DNA of 64,000 nt from Acutalibacteraceae bacterium. Lineage in GTDB: Bacteria > Bacillota > Clostridia > Oscillospirales > Acutalibacteraceae. Every line of letters begins with the position of its first letter. The first letter of the stretch is position 1. The translations under genes were made by a program, and so were the position numbers. Below are positions 53,650 through 63,458 of this stretch, piece after piece. The stretch spans positions 275 to 64,274 of the forward strand of contig JAZQFX010000029.1 of NCBI GenBank assembly GCA_045539695.1. The letters run 5' to 3'. The notes beneath the pieces are model-generated. The model was given only the letters and a program-made list of their open reading frames with translations. It was not told the origin of the DNA and made no database searches.

Positions 53650-54366
53650 ATGCTTTTATATTATGTAAGACACGGTGACCCAATCTATAATCCCGACAGC
53701 CTGACACCACTCGGTCACAGGCAGGCGGAAGCAGTAGCAAAAAGACTTGCACTTCACGGCATTGATGAAATATATTCTTCAAGTTCTAATCGGGCAATAC
53801 TTACATCACAGCCCACCTGTGAGATACTAAAAAAAGAGGCTACCATACTTGAATGGTGTCACGAGGCTGTGGCGGCAAAATATTTTTCCTTTGACAGTAA
53901 AAACGGTGAGAGTGGCTGGGTTTTTGCACAGCCAAGCTATATTGAGAAATTTGCATCAAAAGAGGTTGTCGACTTAGGTGAAAAGTGGTACGAACACACC
54001 GACTTTGCCGACAAAAACTTTAAAGAGGGAATAGAGGTTACACGCAAAAAAGCCTTTGACTTTTTGGCAGGTTTTGGTTTTACATACGATGAGCAAAAGG
54101 GAATGTATAAATGCACCGCCAATGGTAACAAACGAGTGGCACTTTTTGCGCATCAAGGAATGGGACTATTACTGCTTAGCATAATTTCACTAATCCCTTA
54201 TCCCACCTTTAGTACACGCTTTGATATGACGCATACGGGCGTGACGGTTATTGAATTTCCCGAAAAAGATGGTTACGTATTACCAACAATTCTTACACTT
54301 TCAAACGATTCTCACATTTATCGTGAGGGATTACCCACAAAATATAGTAATGCTTTTTATATTTAA
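53650..54366 (+). CDS. Histidine phosphatase (phosphoglycerate mutase-like) family protein
   Basis: An N-terminal YYVRHGDP (RHG motif) is present. Confidence 0.75.
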   Translation: MLLYYVRHGDPIYNPDSLTPLGHRQAEAVAKRLALHGIDEIYSSSSNRAILTSQPTCEILKKEATILEWCHEAVAAKYFSFDSKNGESGWVFAQPSYIEKFASKEVVDLGEKWYEHTDFADKNFKEGIEVTRKKAFDFLAGFGFTYDEQKGMYKCTANGNKRVALFAHQGMGLLLLSIISLIPYPTFSTRFDMTHTGVTVIEFPEKDGYVLPTILTLSNDSHIYREGLPTKYSNAFYI

Positions 54367-54407
54367 TATTAAAAACTCTGCCTGATTTTTTCAAGCAGAG
54401 TTTTTAA

Positions 54408-55892
54408 TTATTGTGGTTTTCTTTCTCTACCGTAAAGCACGGTGTTTTCTTTTAAAATATTGGCAAGCCACGGGTTTATACATTCACCCTTTATGCGCCA
54501 CTGCCAGTTGTCGCCAAGGGTTGACGGCGTGTTTATTCTGCCGCACGAGTCAAGGCCCAAAAGGTCGCCCATAAAAAGTATGCAGGTATCGGCAACGCTT
54601 GACATTGCCGCTTTCATCATAGCCCAGTTAAAGCCGTTGTCATCTTGATGATTCAAATAATCTTTTGCGTGCTTTATAGTTGCTTTATCACTATTTTCAA
54701 GCCAACCCATAATTGTATTGTTATCATGGGTGCCGGTATAAACAACACAATTGTTTGTAAAATTGTGGGGTAAATAGGCGTTAAGGCTATCGCTGTCAAA
54801 CGCAAACTGCAACACCTTCATACCTGGGAACTTGGTGTGTTTTAGCAATTTGCGAACAGCAGGGGTAATAACGCCAAGGTCCTCGGCAATAATTGGCAAA
54901 TTTTTACCAAACTGGGATTTTAGCGCATCAAACAAGTCGGTGTCGGGGCCCTTTACCCATTTGCCGCCCTTTGCGTTTTTATCGCCGTAAGGAATAGCAA
55001 AATATGATTCAAACCCTCTGAAATGGTCAATACGGACAATATCATAGCGCTTTAGCGCAAAGCCCAAATAATTTTTCCACCAAGAATAGCCTGTTTGCTT
55101 CATATAATCCCAATCGTAAAGTGGGTTACCCCAAAGCTGACCGTCTTCGCTAAACGCATCGGGCGGCACACCCGCAACGGCTTTTGGCGTGTAGTTGTCA
55201 TCTAACTGAAACTGCTGTGGATTGCTCCACACATCAACCGAGTCAAGCGCCACGTAAATAGGGGTGTCGCCTATAATCTCTATGCCGCATTTATTGGCAT
55301 ATGCTTTAAGCGCCGACCACTGCTCATTAAACTTAAACTGCAAAAATTTATGAAAATTTATATCATCAATAAACTCTTTTTGAGCAGTTTTGATGGCGTT
55401 TTTCTCTCTGATCTTTAGACTATCAGGCCAATCGTACCATGCTTTGCCGCTATTTGCCGATTTTATTGCCATAAAAAGTGAATAATCATCTAACCAATGA
55501 GAATTTTTATTTTCAAATTCGGTGTAATCAGCATTTGGTTTAAAACGGTTAAAGGCTATTTTAAGCACATTAAAACGGTTGTTAAAAAGCTTTTCGTAGT
55601 CGATTTTTTCGTACTCGTCACCAAAATCAAATTTTTTGATTTCATCGGCCTTTAGCAAGCCGTCATTTACTAATAAATCGAGGTCAATGAAATATGGATT
55701 ACCTGCAAAGGATGAAAAGGATTGGTAGGGCGAGTCGCCAAAGTTGGTTGGGTTTAGCGGCAGTATCTGCCAATAGCTTTGTTTAGCACTATGTAAAAAG
55801 TCTACAAAATCTTTTGCCGCGCGCCCAAATGTGCCAATGCCGTAGGGCGAGGGTAAAGAAAAAATAGACATTAAAATTCCGTTTTTGCGCAT
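54408..55892 (-). CDS. malQ: 4-alpha-glucanotransferase (amylomaltase, GH77)
   Basis: Motifs present are GILMSIFSLPSPYGIGTFG, VRIDHFRGF, IAEDLG and YTGTHDN. Confidence 0.9.
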   Translation of the reverse strand: MRKNGILMSIFSLPSPYGIGTFGRAAKDFVDFLHSAKQSYWQILPLNPTNFGDSPYQSFSSFAGNPYFIDLDLLVNDGLLKADEIKKFDFGDEYEKIDYEKLFNNRFNVLKIAFNRFKPNADYTEFENKNSHWLDDYSLFMAIKSANSGKAWYDWPDSLKIREKNAIKTAQKEFIDDINFHKFLQFKFNEQWSALKAYANKCGIEIIGDTPIYVALDSVDVWSNPQQFQLDDNYTPKAVAGVPPDAFSEDGQLWGNPLYDWDYMKQTGYSWWKNYLGFALKRYDIVRIDHFRGFESYFAIPYGDKNAKGGKWVKGPDTDLFDALKSQFGKNLPIIAEDLGVITPAVRKLLKHTKFPGMKVLQFAFDSDSLNAYLPHNFTNNCVVYTGTHDNNTIMGWLENSDKATIKHAKDYLNHQDDNGFNWAMMKAAMSSVADTCILFMGDLLGLDSCGRINTPSTLGDNWQWRIKGECINPWLANILKENTVLYGRERKPQ

Positions 55893-55907
55893 AAAAATCT
55901 CCTAAAA

Positions 55908-56411
55908 TTAGTATTTTCTTATTTCAAGGCTATCATCGTCGGCGCCTTTTTCGATTTTACGAATAACAATATAGTAGCTGTAATCGGGGTTTACCTTTAC
56001 CTCTACTCTGTCGCCAACCTTTTTACCCATTAAAGCGTTGCCTAAAGGTGACTCCTTGCTTATGATACTTTGAAATGGGTCGCGGCGCAAGGAGGTGGCA
56101 ATGCGCACCGTTTCTTCCTCGGCGTCCTCTTCAACATAATAGGTTACAGTGTCAAAAAGACCGACAACATCATCGGCGCTTACGGCATCAATAATTATTG
56201 CGGTTTTAATCATATTGCGAAGATATCTTATGCGGCTCTCGTTTTTGCCTCGTTCACGCTTGGCGGCGTGGTATTCAAAGTTTTCCGAAAGGTCGCCAAA
56301 GCTGCGGGTAAATTTTACCTCTTCGAGTATCTTTGGTCGCACTACTGTTATGCGGTAGTCAAGTTCATCCTGCATCTTTTTTATATCAACCTGTGTTAGT
56401 TCGTCGTACAT
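55908..56411 (-). CDS. greA: Transcription elongation factor GreA
   Basis: GDLSENFEYHAAKRE and the C-terminal SPLGNALMGKKVGD are present. Confidence 0.8.
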   Translation of the reverse strand: MYDELTQVDIKKMQDELDYRITVVRPKILEEVKFTRSFGDLSENFEYHAAKRERGKNESRIRYLRNMIKTAIIIDAVSADDVVGLFDTVTYYVEEDAEEETVRIATSLRRDPFQSIISKESPLGNALMGKKVGDRVEVKVNPDYSYYIVIRKIEKGADDDSLEIRKY

Positions 56412-56459
56412 ATTATATCACCTTGCTTTCAAACAGTATAACATTATAAAGCTTTAATT

Positions 56460-57143
56460 TCAAGCGGTTTGACGCTGTTGCATTCTTTTCCAACTGATGA
56501 ATCCGTATAAATCATTAAATAAAAACATAATAAAGCACACAGTGACCGAAATGTACGATGGATCGCTAAATGATGCCAGCGCCCACAGCACAATAAGCAC
56601 AACATCGTTTAATGCGTACACAAGCGCAAAATAGGGGCTGCGCCTAAAGGTTAAATATGCCGCAATAAAGCTTGTGGTAACCGATACGGTGCTTGGCAGC
56701 AAATTTGCCGTGTCTAATGCTTTTAATATAAAATAAAAAGTTATTGTTACTAAAACAGACAAGCACAACATAAAAACAATTTCTTGCTTGCTGATTTTAT
56801 TTACGGCAACCTCAGATTTATTGTTTTTATATGGATTTTTAAGCCAGGTAACAAGCGCCACTGCAGCCATTGGCACCGTCATACCAAGGTATGTTATCAT
56901 TTCGCCAAAGTATGAAAACGAGTAAGAAATAACGCCATATAATGCGCCAAAGATTATCATCAAAACCTGACCTATCGGGTTGCCTTTTGCACAATAGATA
57001 AGTGACGTCGCGCCTACGAGCGAGGCGATTAAGGTTAAATAACCGTTGCCGCCAAAGATTAAAAACGATGCGACAATAAAAACAATAGAGCCAATCCATA
57101 ATATCCATTCGGCTTTTGAAAAATATTTTAAATTAAGCTTCAT
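56460..57143 (-). CDS. pnuC: Nicotinamide riboside transporter PnuC family
   Basis: It is a 7-TM protein of typical PnuC size with a central WLKNPYK...VAVNKIS loop. The call rests on remembered family features. Confidence 0.65.
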   Translation of the reverse strand: MKLNLKYFSKAEWILWIGSIVFIVASFLIFGGNGYLTLIASLVGATSLIYCAKGNPIGQVLMIIFGALYGVISYSFSYFGEMITYLGMTVPMAAVALVTWLKNPYKNNKSEVAVNKISKQEIVFMLCLSVLVTITFYFILKALDTANLLPSTVSVTTSFIAAYLTFRRSPYFALVYALNDVVLIVLWALASFSDPSYISVTVCFIMFLFNDLYGFISWKRMQQRQTA

Positions 57144-57287
57144 AAAAAAACTCCTAACAAAAAAGTATCCGTATTATGCATCTTCAAAGACCTAACGATG
57201 CATAAACGGATACCAATGTATCGCGCTACCCGGTGGCAGCAAATATTTTGTTTTTTCTATCTTAACACAAAACAAATTAAATGTAAA
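57144..57287 (-). promoter_or_regulatory. Promoter plus a roughly 108-nt leader with an intrinsic terminator (riboswitch- or attenuator-like) upstream of pnuC
   Basis: The minus strand has TTTACA (57287-57282), a 17-nt spacer, then TAAGAT (57264-57259). The hairpin is 57213-57165 (GTATCCGTTTATGCATC / GATGCATAATACGGATAC), followed by T6 and then the AGGAG RBS. An upstream GATAC could pair with the 5' arm of the terminator as an antiterminator. Confidence 0.4.
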
Positions 57288-57989
57288 CTATAATTTAATT
57301 GTTGCGATATGCGGGCGGTGGTCGGCAGCGATTATTGCGGGTATGTCTGCTTTTATTACCTCTATATCAGGACTTACAAAGATGTAATCTATTTTTCTGT
57401 CGGGTTTGTCTGACGGAAAAGATAGCTTTGGCTCGTCAAAATATTCGGCAGCGTCAACCATGCGAGAGCGAATAGGGTTTAAAATAGGATTATCGGGTGT
57501 CATATTAAAATCACCCATAAGAATACAGCGCTTATTAGCTAAATTTTCTATTATTGTTTTAACGGCGTTTTCCTGCTCATCGGGGTTAAGGCCCATATGC
57601 GTTATAAGCACAGTAATATTGCCCTCTAACTTTGCTTTAAGAACGCAACGTGTTTCATAATAACCGTCGTACTTTTTAGGATTAGGGTCGGGAATTATTA
57701 TGGTTTCGGCTGAGATTATCGGCAGCTTCGTAAGCATGGCATTACCGTAAGGCTTTATACCGCCAAATTTTATAGCCTCGGCAAAATAATAGTTTTGAAT
57801 TCCTGTAAGGCGCGATAAAATTGCCGTCTGGTCGGCATAATCTGCCGCCTTATTACACTCGCCACGCATTTCGTTAAGGCCTATAATATCAGCATCACAC
57901 TTTTTAATAGCGTCCGCCATAATATCAAAATCAATCTTTTGCTCAAGATAATTCAAGCAGTGCTGTGTATTGAATGACATAATTTTCAT
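57288..57989 (-). CDS. Endonuclease/exonuclease/phosphatase (EEP) family protein
   Basis: Motifs present are IMSFNTQH, IIGLNEM, GDFN and SDHRP-like ADHRPH. Confidence 0.8.
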   Translation of the reverse strand: MKIMSFNTQHCLNYLEQKIDFDIMADAIKKCDADIIGLNEMRGECNKAADYADQTAILSRLTGIQNYYFAEAIKFGGIKPYGNAMLTKLPIISAETIIIPDPNPKKYDGYYETRCVLKAKLEGNITVLITHMGLNPDEQENAVKTIIENLANKRCILMGDFNMTPDNPILNPIRSRMVDAAEYFDEPKLSFPSDKPDRKIDYIFVSPDIEVIKADIPAIIAADHRPHIATIKL

Positions 57990-58131
57990 AAAATCACCCT
58001 CAATGTGTTTTATTTTATTATACTATCAAAAACAACAAATGCAATAATTATAAACGAAAAAAGACACACTGAAGGTGTTTTTCTTGCTTGGCTGTTACGA
58101 ACCATTTAGATGCCAAGTTAATTTTTGTGAT

Positions 58132-58710
58132 TTATAATGTTATATTGATAATTTCTGATTTTTTCTTCATTCTTTTCAACATCAATTTTAGTTTTGGGGT
58201 ATTATATCTCAATGCAAGTGTTGGTAAAATGTTCAAAAATAAATTAACTACCGCAACGGGAAACGCAATGGAAAACGCGCAGATGTTCGGTATAAATAAC
58301 ATTGGAAGAAAGCCTATCGGATAGGACAGTCTATGGGTAAGCACGCCTTTATTACATTCAATAATAAATTTTTCTATGTACTCGGGACTACTGGGATTTG
58401 ACAAATTCTTTTTACTAAAGCCACCAAGACCGCCAAGTTCCCATACTTTATCTTTCCAGCTACGCACTTTAAGTTTTTTATAAAAAGTCTTTTCTGATTC
58501 CGATACGTTGTATAAAGGATTTTCGGCACCGAAAAGTTTGTCCGGCATTTTATTTATAATAATTGCAATGATACCGTCAAGAGCGAATTGCAACGCCGTA
58601 CATACAACGACTAATATGATTATGTTGTACCAAGCGGCTGTATGAAAGATTATATTTACCGCCGATATTATAAGCATTGCTACACTGATTACAGTTAAAT
58701 AAAATTTCAT
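58132..58710 (-). CDS. Small integral membrane protein (possibly CrtO-like acyltransferase fold)
   Basis: It has four hydrophobic segments and a YKKLKVRSWKDKVWELGG loop. The family assignment is tentative. Confidence 0.45.
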   Translation of the reverse strand: MKFYLTVISVAMLIISAVNIIFHTAAWYNIIILVVVCTALQFALDGIIAIIINKMPDKLFGAENPLYNVSESEKTFYKKLKVRSWKDKVWELGGLGGFSKKNLSNPSSPEYIEKFIIECNKGVLTHRLSYPIGFLPMLFIPNICAFSIAFPVAVVNLFLNILPTLALRYNTPKLKLMLKRMKKKSEIINITL

Positions 58711-59537
58711 AATGTACTATACTCCAAAGGCTTCCCGTAAAATTCTTCATAGGTCCTAACCCAAGCATTGTAATTTCTGTTTTTCATATCATTTTTCGCT
58801 TCGCCTCGTGAAAGGGTTTTATCGGGATAGATAGCCGGTAATATGTGAAGTGTGTATTCCTGAACAGGAAAGCCGTCACCGTCAAGATGGTCGCTATCTT
58901 CCATTGTAATGAATATTGGTACAACCGGTGCGTTGTTTCTTACCGCAAGTGAAAATGCACCGTCTTGCATAGGACGAGGTTTTTTATAATTCCACCACAT
59001 ACCTTGCTCAGGATATATAAGTATCGTTTCGCCACGTTTTAACAGCTCTGCAACCGCCTTCATAAATTTTACCATCGTTGCTTTTTGGCTTGACAACGGA
59101 AGGGTGTTGCAATGCCTCATAAAAAGGCCGAAAGGCTTGGGCGGATTCGTATAGTTCCCCTCACGAACGACTTTGTAAAGCATTTTGCCGTCCATATAAT
59201 CACGAAGTGCAACCCATACAGCATAGTTATCGGTGATGCTGAAATGATTACAAGTAACAATTTTACCGCCTTGGGTGGCAGTAAAATTTTCAATGCCACG
59301 AACCTCTTTTATAATGAGCTGCCTGTCAGCAATCATCTTGTCAAAAAAGCGAGTGGCGAAGATGTTAGCGATTTTGTTCTTAATCTTATTTGACAACTTC
59401 TCGTTCAGATAATCTATATTATCCGGCATAAGCGGATAGGTTTCGGGATCATCCTCAACATCAAGGTGCCACAGTTCCTGTTTTTCAAGTTCTGCAATTC
59501 TTTTGAGCAGTTCTAATTTATGAGCCGATTTTTCCAT
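58707..59537 (-). CDS. PlsC-type acyltransferase
   Basis: TCNHFSITDN (HxxxxD) and YPEQG are present. Confidence 0.7.
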   Translation of the reverse strand: MEKSAHKLELLKRIAELEKQELWHLDVEDDPETYPLMPDNIDYLNEKLSNKIKNKIANIFATRFFDKMIADRQLIIKEVRGIENFTATQGGKIVTCNHFSITDNYAVWVALRDYMDGKMLYKVVREGNYTNPPKPFGLFMRHCNTLPLSSQKATMVKFMKAVAELLKRGETILIYPEQGMWWNYKKPRPMQDGAFSLAVRNNAPVVPIFITMEDSDHLDGDGFPVQEYTLHILPAIYPDKTLSRGEAKNDMKNRNYNAWVRTYEEFYGKPLEYSTL

Positions 59538-59541
59538 GTTT

Positions 59542-60471
59542 TTATCCTCTTACGCCAAGTATTTTAGCAAAGGTATTATCGGACGCAACGATCCTGTCGG
59601 CGTGTAAAAGAATCTCCTTTGCCATCGCATCGCCCGCAGCTTTCTCTTTTTCGCCGAACTTTGCTTTTCTGTCGAGTATCAATTCATAAAACGGGGAACG
59701 TTTGGCGTATTCCCAAAAACATTCTCCGTCTATCACGTCATCATACTGCCAAGGCTTTTTATAAAGGTTATAGTGAACGATATTTTTATCACCTTCGCAA
59801 GTAATTTCGGTAGGTGCTTTGTTCCAACCGTTCGATAGAATATGTGTTTTTCCAAAGCAAAGATAATTGAGATATGCTTGGTCGGGGTCAAGCAGGTCAA
59901 AGTCGTGTTCCGTTATAAGATTTATAAATTTGTTTTCGATATCATTTTTCCTAAATTGCTCTAAACTAATAACCAAAACCCCTGCGTTGAAATACGTGTC
60001 GGGATTAACACCGATCGCCTTTTCGGCATAGGTTCTGAATTCTCTTGTGTTGCAAACATATTGATCGGGAACTGCAGCCAATATATTGTCCTCAAGTTCA
60101 GTATTGTAAAGTTTCGATATATCACCGAGCACAACAAGGTCGCAATCGAGATATAAAATTTTATCGTACTGCGGGAAAAGCGAAGCAATAAAAAGTCGAT
60201 AATACGTTACGATAGAAAAGTGATATACGTTCTTAAACCGAGATTTTATGCTTTTGACGTTTTCAGAAATATCAATAAAATCGATGGTAAAGCCATCACG
60301 CTCGTTCAGTTTAACCTTTGCTATATTATCAGTACTGAGACCTGTATTCAATACAATAATCCTGTAGCTGTAATCCTTGGATGCATTCGCAATTAGCGAA
60401 TGAACCGCAACATCCAAGAAAGGTATGTAATTGTCATCGGTCGAAAAGAAAATTGGGATTTCTCTACTCAT
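59542..60471 (-). CDS. Glycosyltransferase family 8
   Basis: Motifs present are IPIFFSTDDNYIPF, LYLDCDLVVLGD (DxD) and HYNLYKKPW. The start was moved to MSREIP (AAGGAG RBS). Confidence 0.8.
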   Translation of the reverse strand: MSREIPIFFSTDDNYIPFLDVAVHSLIANASKDYSYRIIVLNTGLSTDNIAKVKLNERDGFTIDFIDISENVKSIKSRFKNVYHFSIVTYYRLFIASLFPQYDKILYLDCDLVVLGDISKLYNTELEDNILAAVPDQYVCNTREFRTYAEKAIGVNPDTYFNAGVLVISLEQFRKNDIENKFINLITEHDFDLLDPDQAYLNYLCFGKTHILSNGWNKAPTEITCEGDKNIVHYNLYKKPWQYDDVIDGECFWEYAKRSPFYELILDRKAKFGEKEKAAGDAMAKEILLHADRIVASDNTFAKILGVRG

Positions 60472-60671
60472 TTCTCTACTCCTTCGGTGTTCGCTTGAAA
60501 TCATCAAGAATTATTATATCTTTATATCAATCATGAGTAAACCGAAGTTTTAGCAATACGTGTCTACTTATCGGATTTCGTGTCGTAGAATCGTTTCTCT
60601 ACGACTCTACGTTTCAGAGAATTAAAGAAAAACGCCCTGTTTTTCTGAAAAACAAAGCGCTTTTAGTGTAT

Positions 60672-61277
60672 TTATTTAGTCTTTGGTTTGTTTATGTAGG
60701 ATGCCAACACTATTACAATTTGTCCTGCAACACCGAGCAGATAAATGAGTGAAACATTTATTTTAAAATACAAAAAGGTAATATGAATTGTTGCAAGTAT
60801 TGACCACAATAGTGCCGATATGATGAGGTAATTGTGTCTGGGGTTAAACCAAATCGAATTAAAAACCAATTTAACAATTAGCACAACCGGTAAGGCATAT
60901 ACAAAATACAACCATTGGAATGTCATTTGATTGGTAATTAACGTCGTAACGATAAACGCAAAGATGGCAACAATCCATCCGCCGCCTTCGGCAATATACG
61001 AAACAGCACGGCGATTAAAGGTTACTCCCTTTGTTTTACGCTCACTAACAGCTTCTTCAATGTTCTCGGTTCTTACGAGATAATCAAGCGTAACTCCAAA
61101 CAGATCTGCCATCTCAACCAACACCGATATATCAGGGGAGGATTCTGCCCGTTCCCATTTTGAAATGGTCTTGTCAGAATAATTTAGTTTCTCCGCAAGT
61201 TCCATTTGTGTCATATTATTAAGAATTCGAAGTTCAGTTATATTTTTAGCAACATTGCTTTTTATGTCCTCCATCAA
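60672..61277 (-). CDS. XRE-family HTH protein with C-terminal transmembrane segments
   Basis: LRILNNMTQMELAEKLNYSDKTISKWERAES is followed by 3-4 hydrophobic helices. Confidence 0.8.
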   Translation of the reverse strand: MMEDIKSNVAKNITELRILNNMTQMELAEKLNYSDKTISKWERAESSPDISVLVEMADLFGVTLDYLVRTENIEEAVSERKTKGVTFNRRAVSYIAEGGGWIVAIFAFIVTTLITNQMTFQWLYFVYALPVVLIVKLVFNSIWFNPRHNYLIISALLWSILATIHITFLYFKINVSLIYLLGVAGQIVIVLASYINKPKTK

Positions 61278-61302
61278 AAATCCCCCTTATTTTGAACATT
61301 AA

Positions 61303-62142
61303 TTATTTCTTGAAAAATGCCACGACAACTGCCCCGGGGCCTGCATGTGTACCGATAACGCTACCCACGGTTGTATAACGCACTTCATCGAGATTGCCTT
61401 CCCATATATGTCGGCTATCTTCAATATATTTCTGCAACAATGCATCAGAAATACCGCTGTAACCAAGCAGTACAGGTTTATTGAAATCAATGCCACTCGC
61501 TTTATCTATTTCTTGAACGAGCAGGTTGTTACCCATCTTAGACCCACGTGCCTTACCGAGCATATTAATTTCACCGTCTATAACAGAAAGAACAGGCTTA
61601 ATATTTAATACGCCACCGGCAAAAGCGACAGCTTTTGAAATACGGCCGCCTTTTTTAAGGTATTCAAGCGTATCCACCAACGCAACGATGATAATCTTTT
61701 TCTTTTCTTCTTCCAGTGTCTTTGCGATTTCTTCTGCGCTCTTTCCCTCATCAAGTAGTCTAAATGCCAATTCTACCAAAATACCGCTACCCATTGCTGC
61801 ACTGGCGCTATCTACAACATAAACATTCTCATATTCGGCTGCTGCAATGGTAGCACTTTGGTATGTACCTGAGAATTTAGAAGCAAGCGTAATAACAACA
61901 GCGGCATCACCTGATTCTCTTGCTTTTTCAAATTCCTTAATAAAAGCATCTGGCGTTGCTTGGCTTGTGGTAGGAAGCACATCGCTTTCAATGAGTTTTT
62001 CATAAAAAGCTTTATGGTCGATGGTAACACCGTCGATGTATTCCTGATCGCCGAAACGAACAGTAAGCGGAACGGTATGCACACGACATTTAAATTCGGG
62101 CATCAAATCTGCCGTAGAATCTACAATAATTCTTGTATTCAT
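61303..62142 (-). CDS. DegV-family fatty-acid-binding protein
   Basis: Motifs present are IIVDSTADL, TSQATP, SGTYQSA and GTHAGPG. Confidence 0.85.
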   Translation of the reverse strand: MNTRIIVDSTADLMPEFKCRVHTVPLTVRFGDQEYIDGVTIDHKAFYEKLIESDVLPTTSQATPDAFIKEFEKARESGDAAVVITLASKFSGTYQSATIAAAEYENVYVVDSASAAMGSGILVELAFRLLDEGKSAEEIAKTLEEEKKKIIIVALVDTLEYLKKGGRISKAVAFAGGVLNIKPVLSVIDGEINMLGKARGSKMGNNLLVQEIDKASGIDFNKPVLLGYSGISDALLQKYIEDSRHIWEGNLDEVRYTTVGSVIGTHAGPGAVVVAFFKK

Positions 62143-62159
62143 AAATAACTACTCCTTAT

Positions 62160-62600
62160 TTAGCCGTTCTTTGCTACGGCATCTAAACTCTCGCTGACAA
62201 TGGACAGGCTACGGTAAAATGCTATTCTTTCTTCTTCTGTGAGTCCACCGCTAATAGTATCGAGAACGCCGTCAATTTTATCAGCAATTTTTCTACCGAT
62301 TTCATAACCTTTATCGGTCAGCAATAACGGGCTTTTATATCTTTTTGCGCTTTCAACTTCACGGGTAATATATCCGTTATTATCGAGATAATCTAATGCA
62401 CGGGAAATAGTCGCCTTGTCTTCCTCGCAGCGCTCACAGAGATCAGTCGCAGTTGCATCTTTTAGGATATAAATATAATAAAGGCACGATACGTGTGCGC
62501 TTCTTAAATTATACTCTGCCATTTCTTGATTCTTTATCTTTTTAATATTACGGCTAATTCTGTTAATAAGAACCGTAAAAGTCTCAAATCTTTCTTGCAT
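62160..62600 (-). CDS. MarR-family transcriptional regulator
   Basis: A winged HTH (ATDLCERCEEDKATISRALDYLDNNGYI) is present. The start was moved to MQERFETF. Confidence 0.8.
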   Translation of the reverse strand: MQERFETFTVLINRISRNIKKIKNQEMAEYNLRSAHVSCLYYIYILKDATATDLCERCEEDKATISRALDYLDNNGYITREVESAKRYKSPLLLTDKGYEIGRKIADKIDGVLDTISGGLTEEERIAFYRSLSIVSESLDAVAKNG

Positions 62601-62785
62601 TATACAACCCCCCGTACTATTTGTTGAAATATCAACAGGCTGTAGTATAACACAAAATTGTTGAAATGTCAACAAGACACAAGATTTTATATTTCATCAA
62701 AAAGAGCAGACTTAGCGATAATAAATCACTAAATCTGCCCGAATAATTGACTTCGGTGGTTCTCATCCAACTAACTATTTCTATC

Positions 62786-62822
62786 CAAACAAAAAAGACA
62801 CCGTGAAGGTGTCTTTTTTGTT
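62786..62822. terminator. Terminator after the minus-strand tRNA pair (symmetric A/T arms)
   Basis: AAAAAAGACACC-GTGAA-GGTGTCTTTTTT. Confidence 0.7.
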
Positions 62823-62907
62823 TGGTGGGAGATGGTGGATTCGAACCACCGAAGGCTTAGCCAGCAGATTTACAGTCTGTCCCCTTTGGCCACTCGGGAA
62901 ATCTCCC
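62823..62907 (-). tRNA. tRNA-Tyr (GTA)
   Basis: The reverse complement folds as a cloverleaf. The acceptor stem is GGGAGAT/ATCTCCC, the anticodon loop is CTGTAAA, the variable arm is long, the T-loop is GGTTCGAATCC, and CCA is encoded. Confidence 0.9.
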
Positions 62908-62926
62908 ATATTCTGTTTATGCACGT

Positions 62927-63002
62927 TGGAGCTGGTGGACGGACTCGAACCCCCGACCTGCTGATTACAAATCAGCTGCTCTACCAACTGAGCTACACCA
63001 GC
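62927..63002 (-). tRNA. tRNA-Thr (TGT)
   Basis: The reverse complement reads GCTGGTGTAGCTCAGTTGGTAGAGC. The anticodon stem is GCTGA/TCAGC with loop TTTGTAA, the T-loop is GGTTCGAGTCC, and CCA is encoded. Confidence 0.9.
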
Positions 63003-63019
63003 ATTTTTCGTGCCAAAAT

Positions 63020-63048
63020 AATATACCACACTTGAAAGATAATGTCAA
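63020..63048 (-). promoter_or_regulatory. Promoter of the minus-strand tRNA pair
   Basis: The minus strand has TTGACA (63048-63043), a 17-nt spacer, then TATATT (63025-63020) with an upstream TGTGG. Confidence 0.55.
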
Positions 63049-63081
63049 GCATAATTTTTAAAAATTTTAATAAAGTTATTG

Positions 63082-63110
63082 TTGACAATTGATTTTGTTT
63101 GTGTTAAAAT
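63082..63110 (+). promoter_or_regulatory. Promoter of the plus-strand tRNA-Ser pair
   Basis: TTGACA (63082-63087), a 17-nt spacer, then TAAAAT (63105-63110). Confidence 0.55.
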
Positions 63111-63123
63111 GGCTCTTGCACAC

Positions 63124-63210
63124 GGAGAGGTATCGAAGCGGTCATAACGAGGCGGTCTTGAAAACCGTTTGGCGCAAGCCACAAGGGTTCGAATCCCTTC
63201 CTCTCCGCCA
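63124..63210 (+). tRNA. tRNA-Ser (TGA)
   Basis: The acceptor stem is GGAGAGG/CCTCTCC, the anticodon loop is CTTGAAA, the variable arm is long, the T-loop is GGTTCGAATCC, and CCA is encoded. Confidence 0.9.
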
Positions 63211-63250
63211 TTTTTTTATTTTTAGATATGTAAATAGAACGTAAGCATTT

Positions 63251-63340
63251 GGAGTAGTACTCAAGTGGTGACGAGGCGCCCCTGCTAAGGGCGTAGGTCG
63301 GGTAACCGGCGCGAGAGTTCAAGTCTCTCCTACTCCGCCA
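63251..63340 (+). tRNA. tRNA-Ser (GCT)
   Basis: The acceptor stem is GGAGTAG/CTACTCC, the anticodon stem is CGCCC/GGGCG with loop CTGCTAA, the variable arm is long, and CCA is encoded. Confidence 0.9.
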
Positions 63341-63347
63341 AGCGAAA

Positions 63348-63380
63348 GAGCATACCTTTATGGTGTGCTCCTTTTCTTTT
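63348..63380 (+). terminator. Intrinsic terminator after the tRNA-Ser pair
   Basis: GAGCATACC-TTTAT-GGTGTGCTC followed by CTTTTCTTTT. Confidence 0.65.
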
Positions 63381-63458
63381 GTTTAGTAATTGATTTTTAA
63401 GAGCAAATCACTTATACTATAAACGGTTATTCTTTTAAATTTAAAGGAGAAAATAAGA

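Noticed and set aside
62781-63322. ORFs 62781-63029, 62832-63035 and 63104-63322
   Set aside because: They overlap four clear tRNA genes and their promoters, so they are artefacts of open frames through RNA genes.
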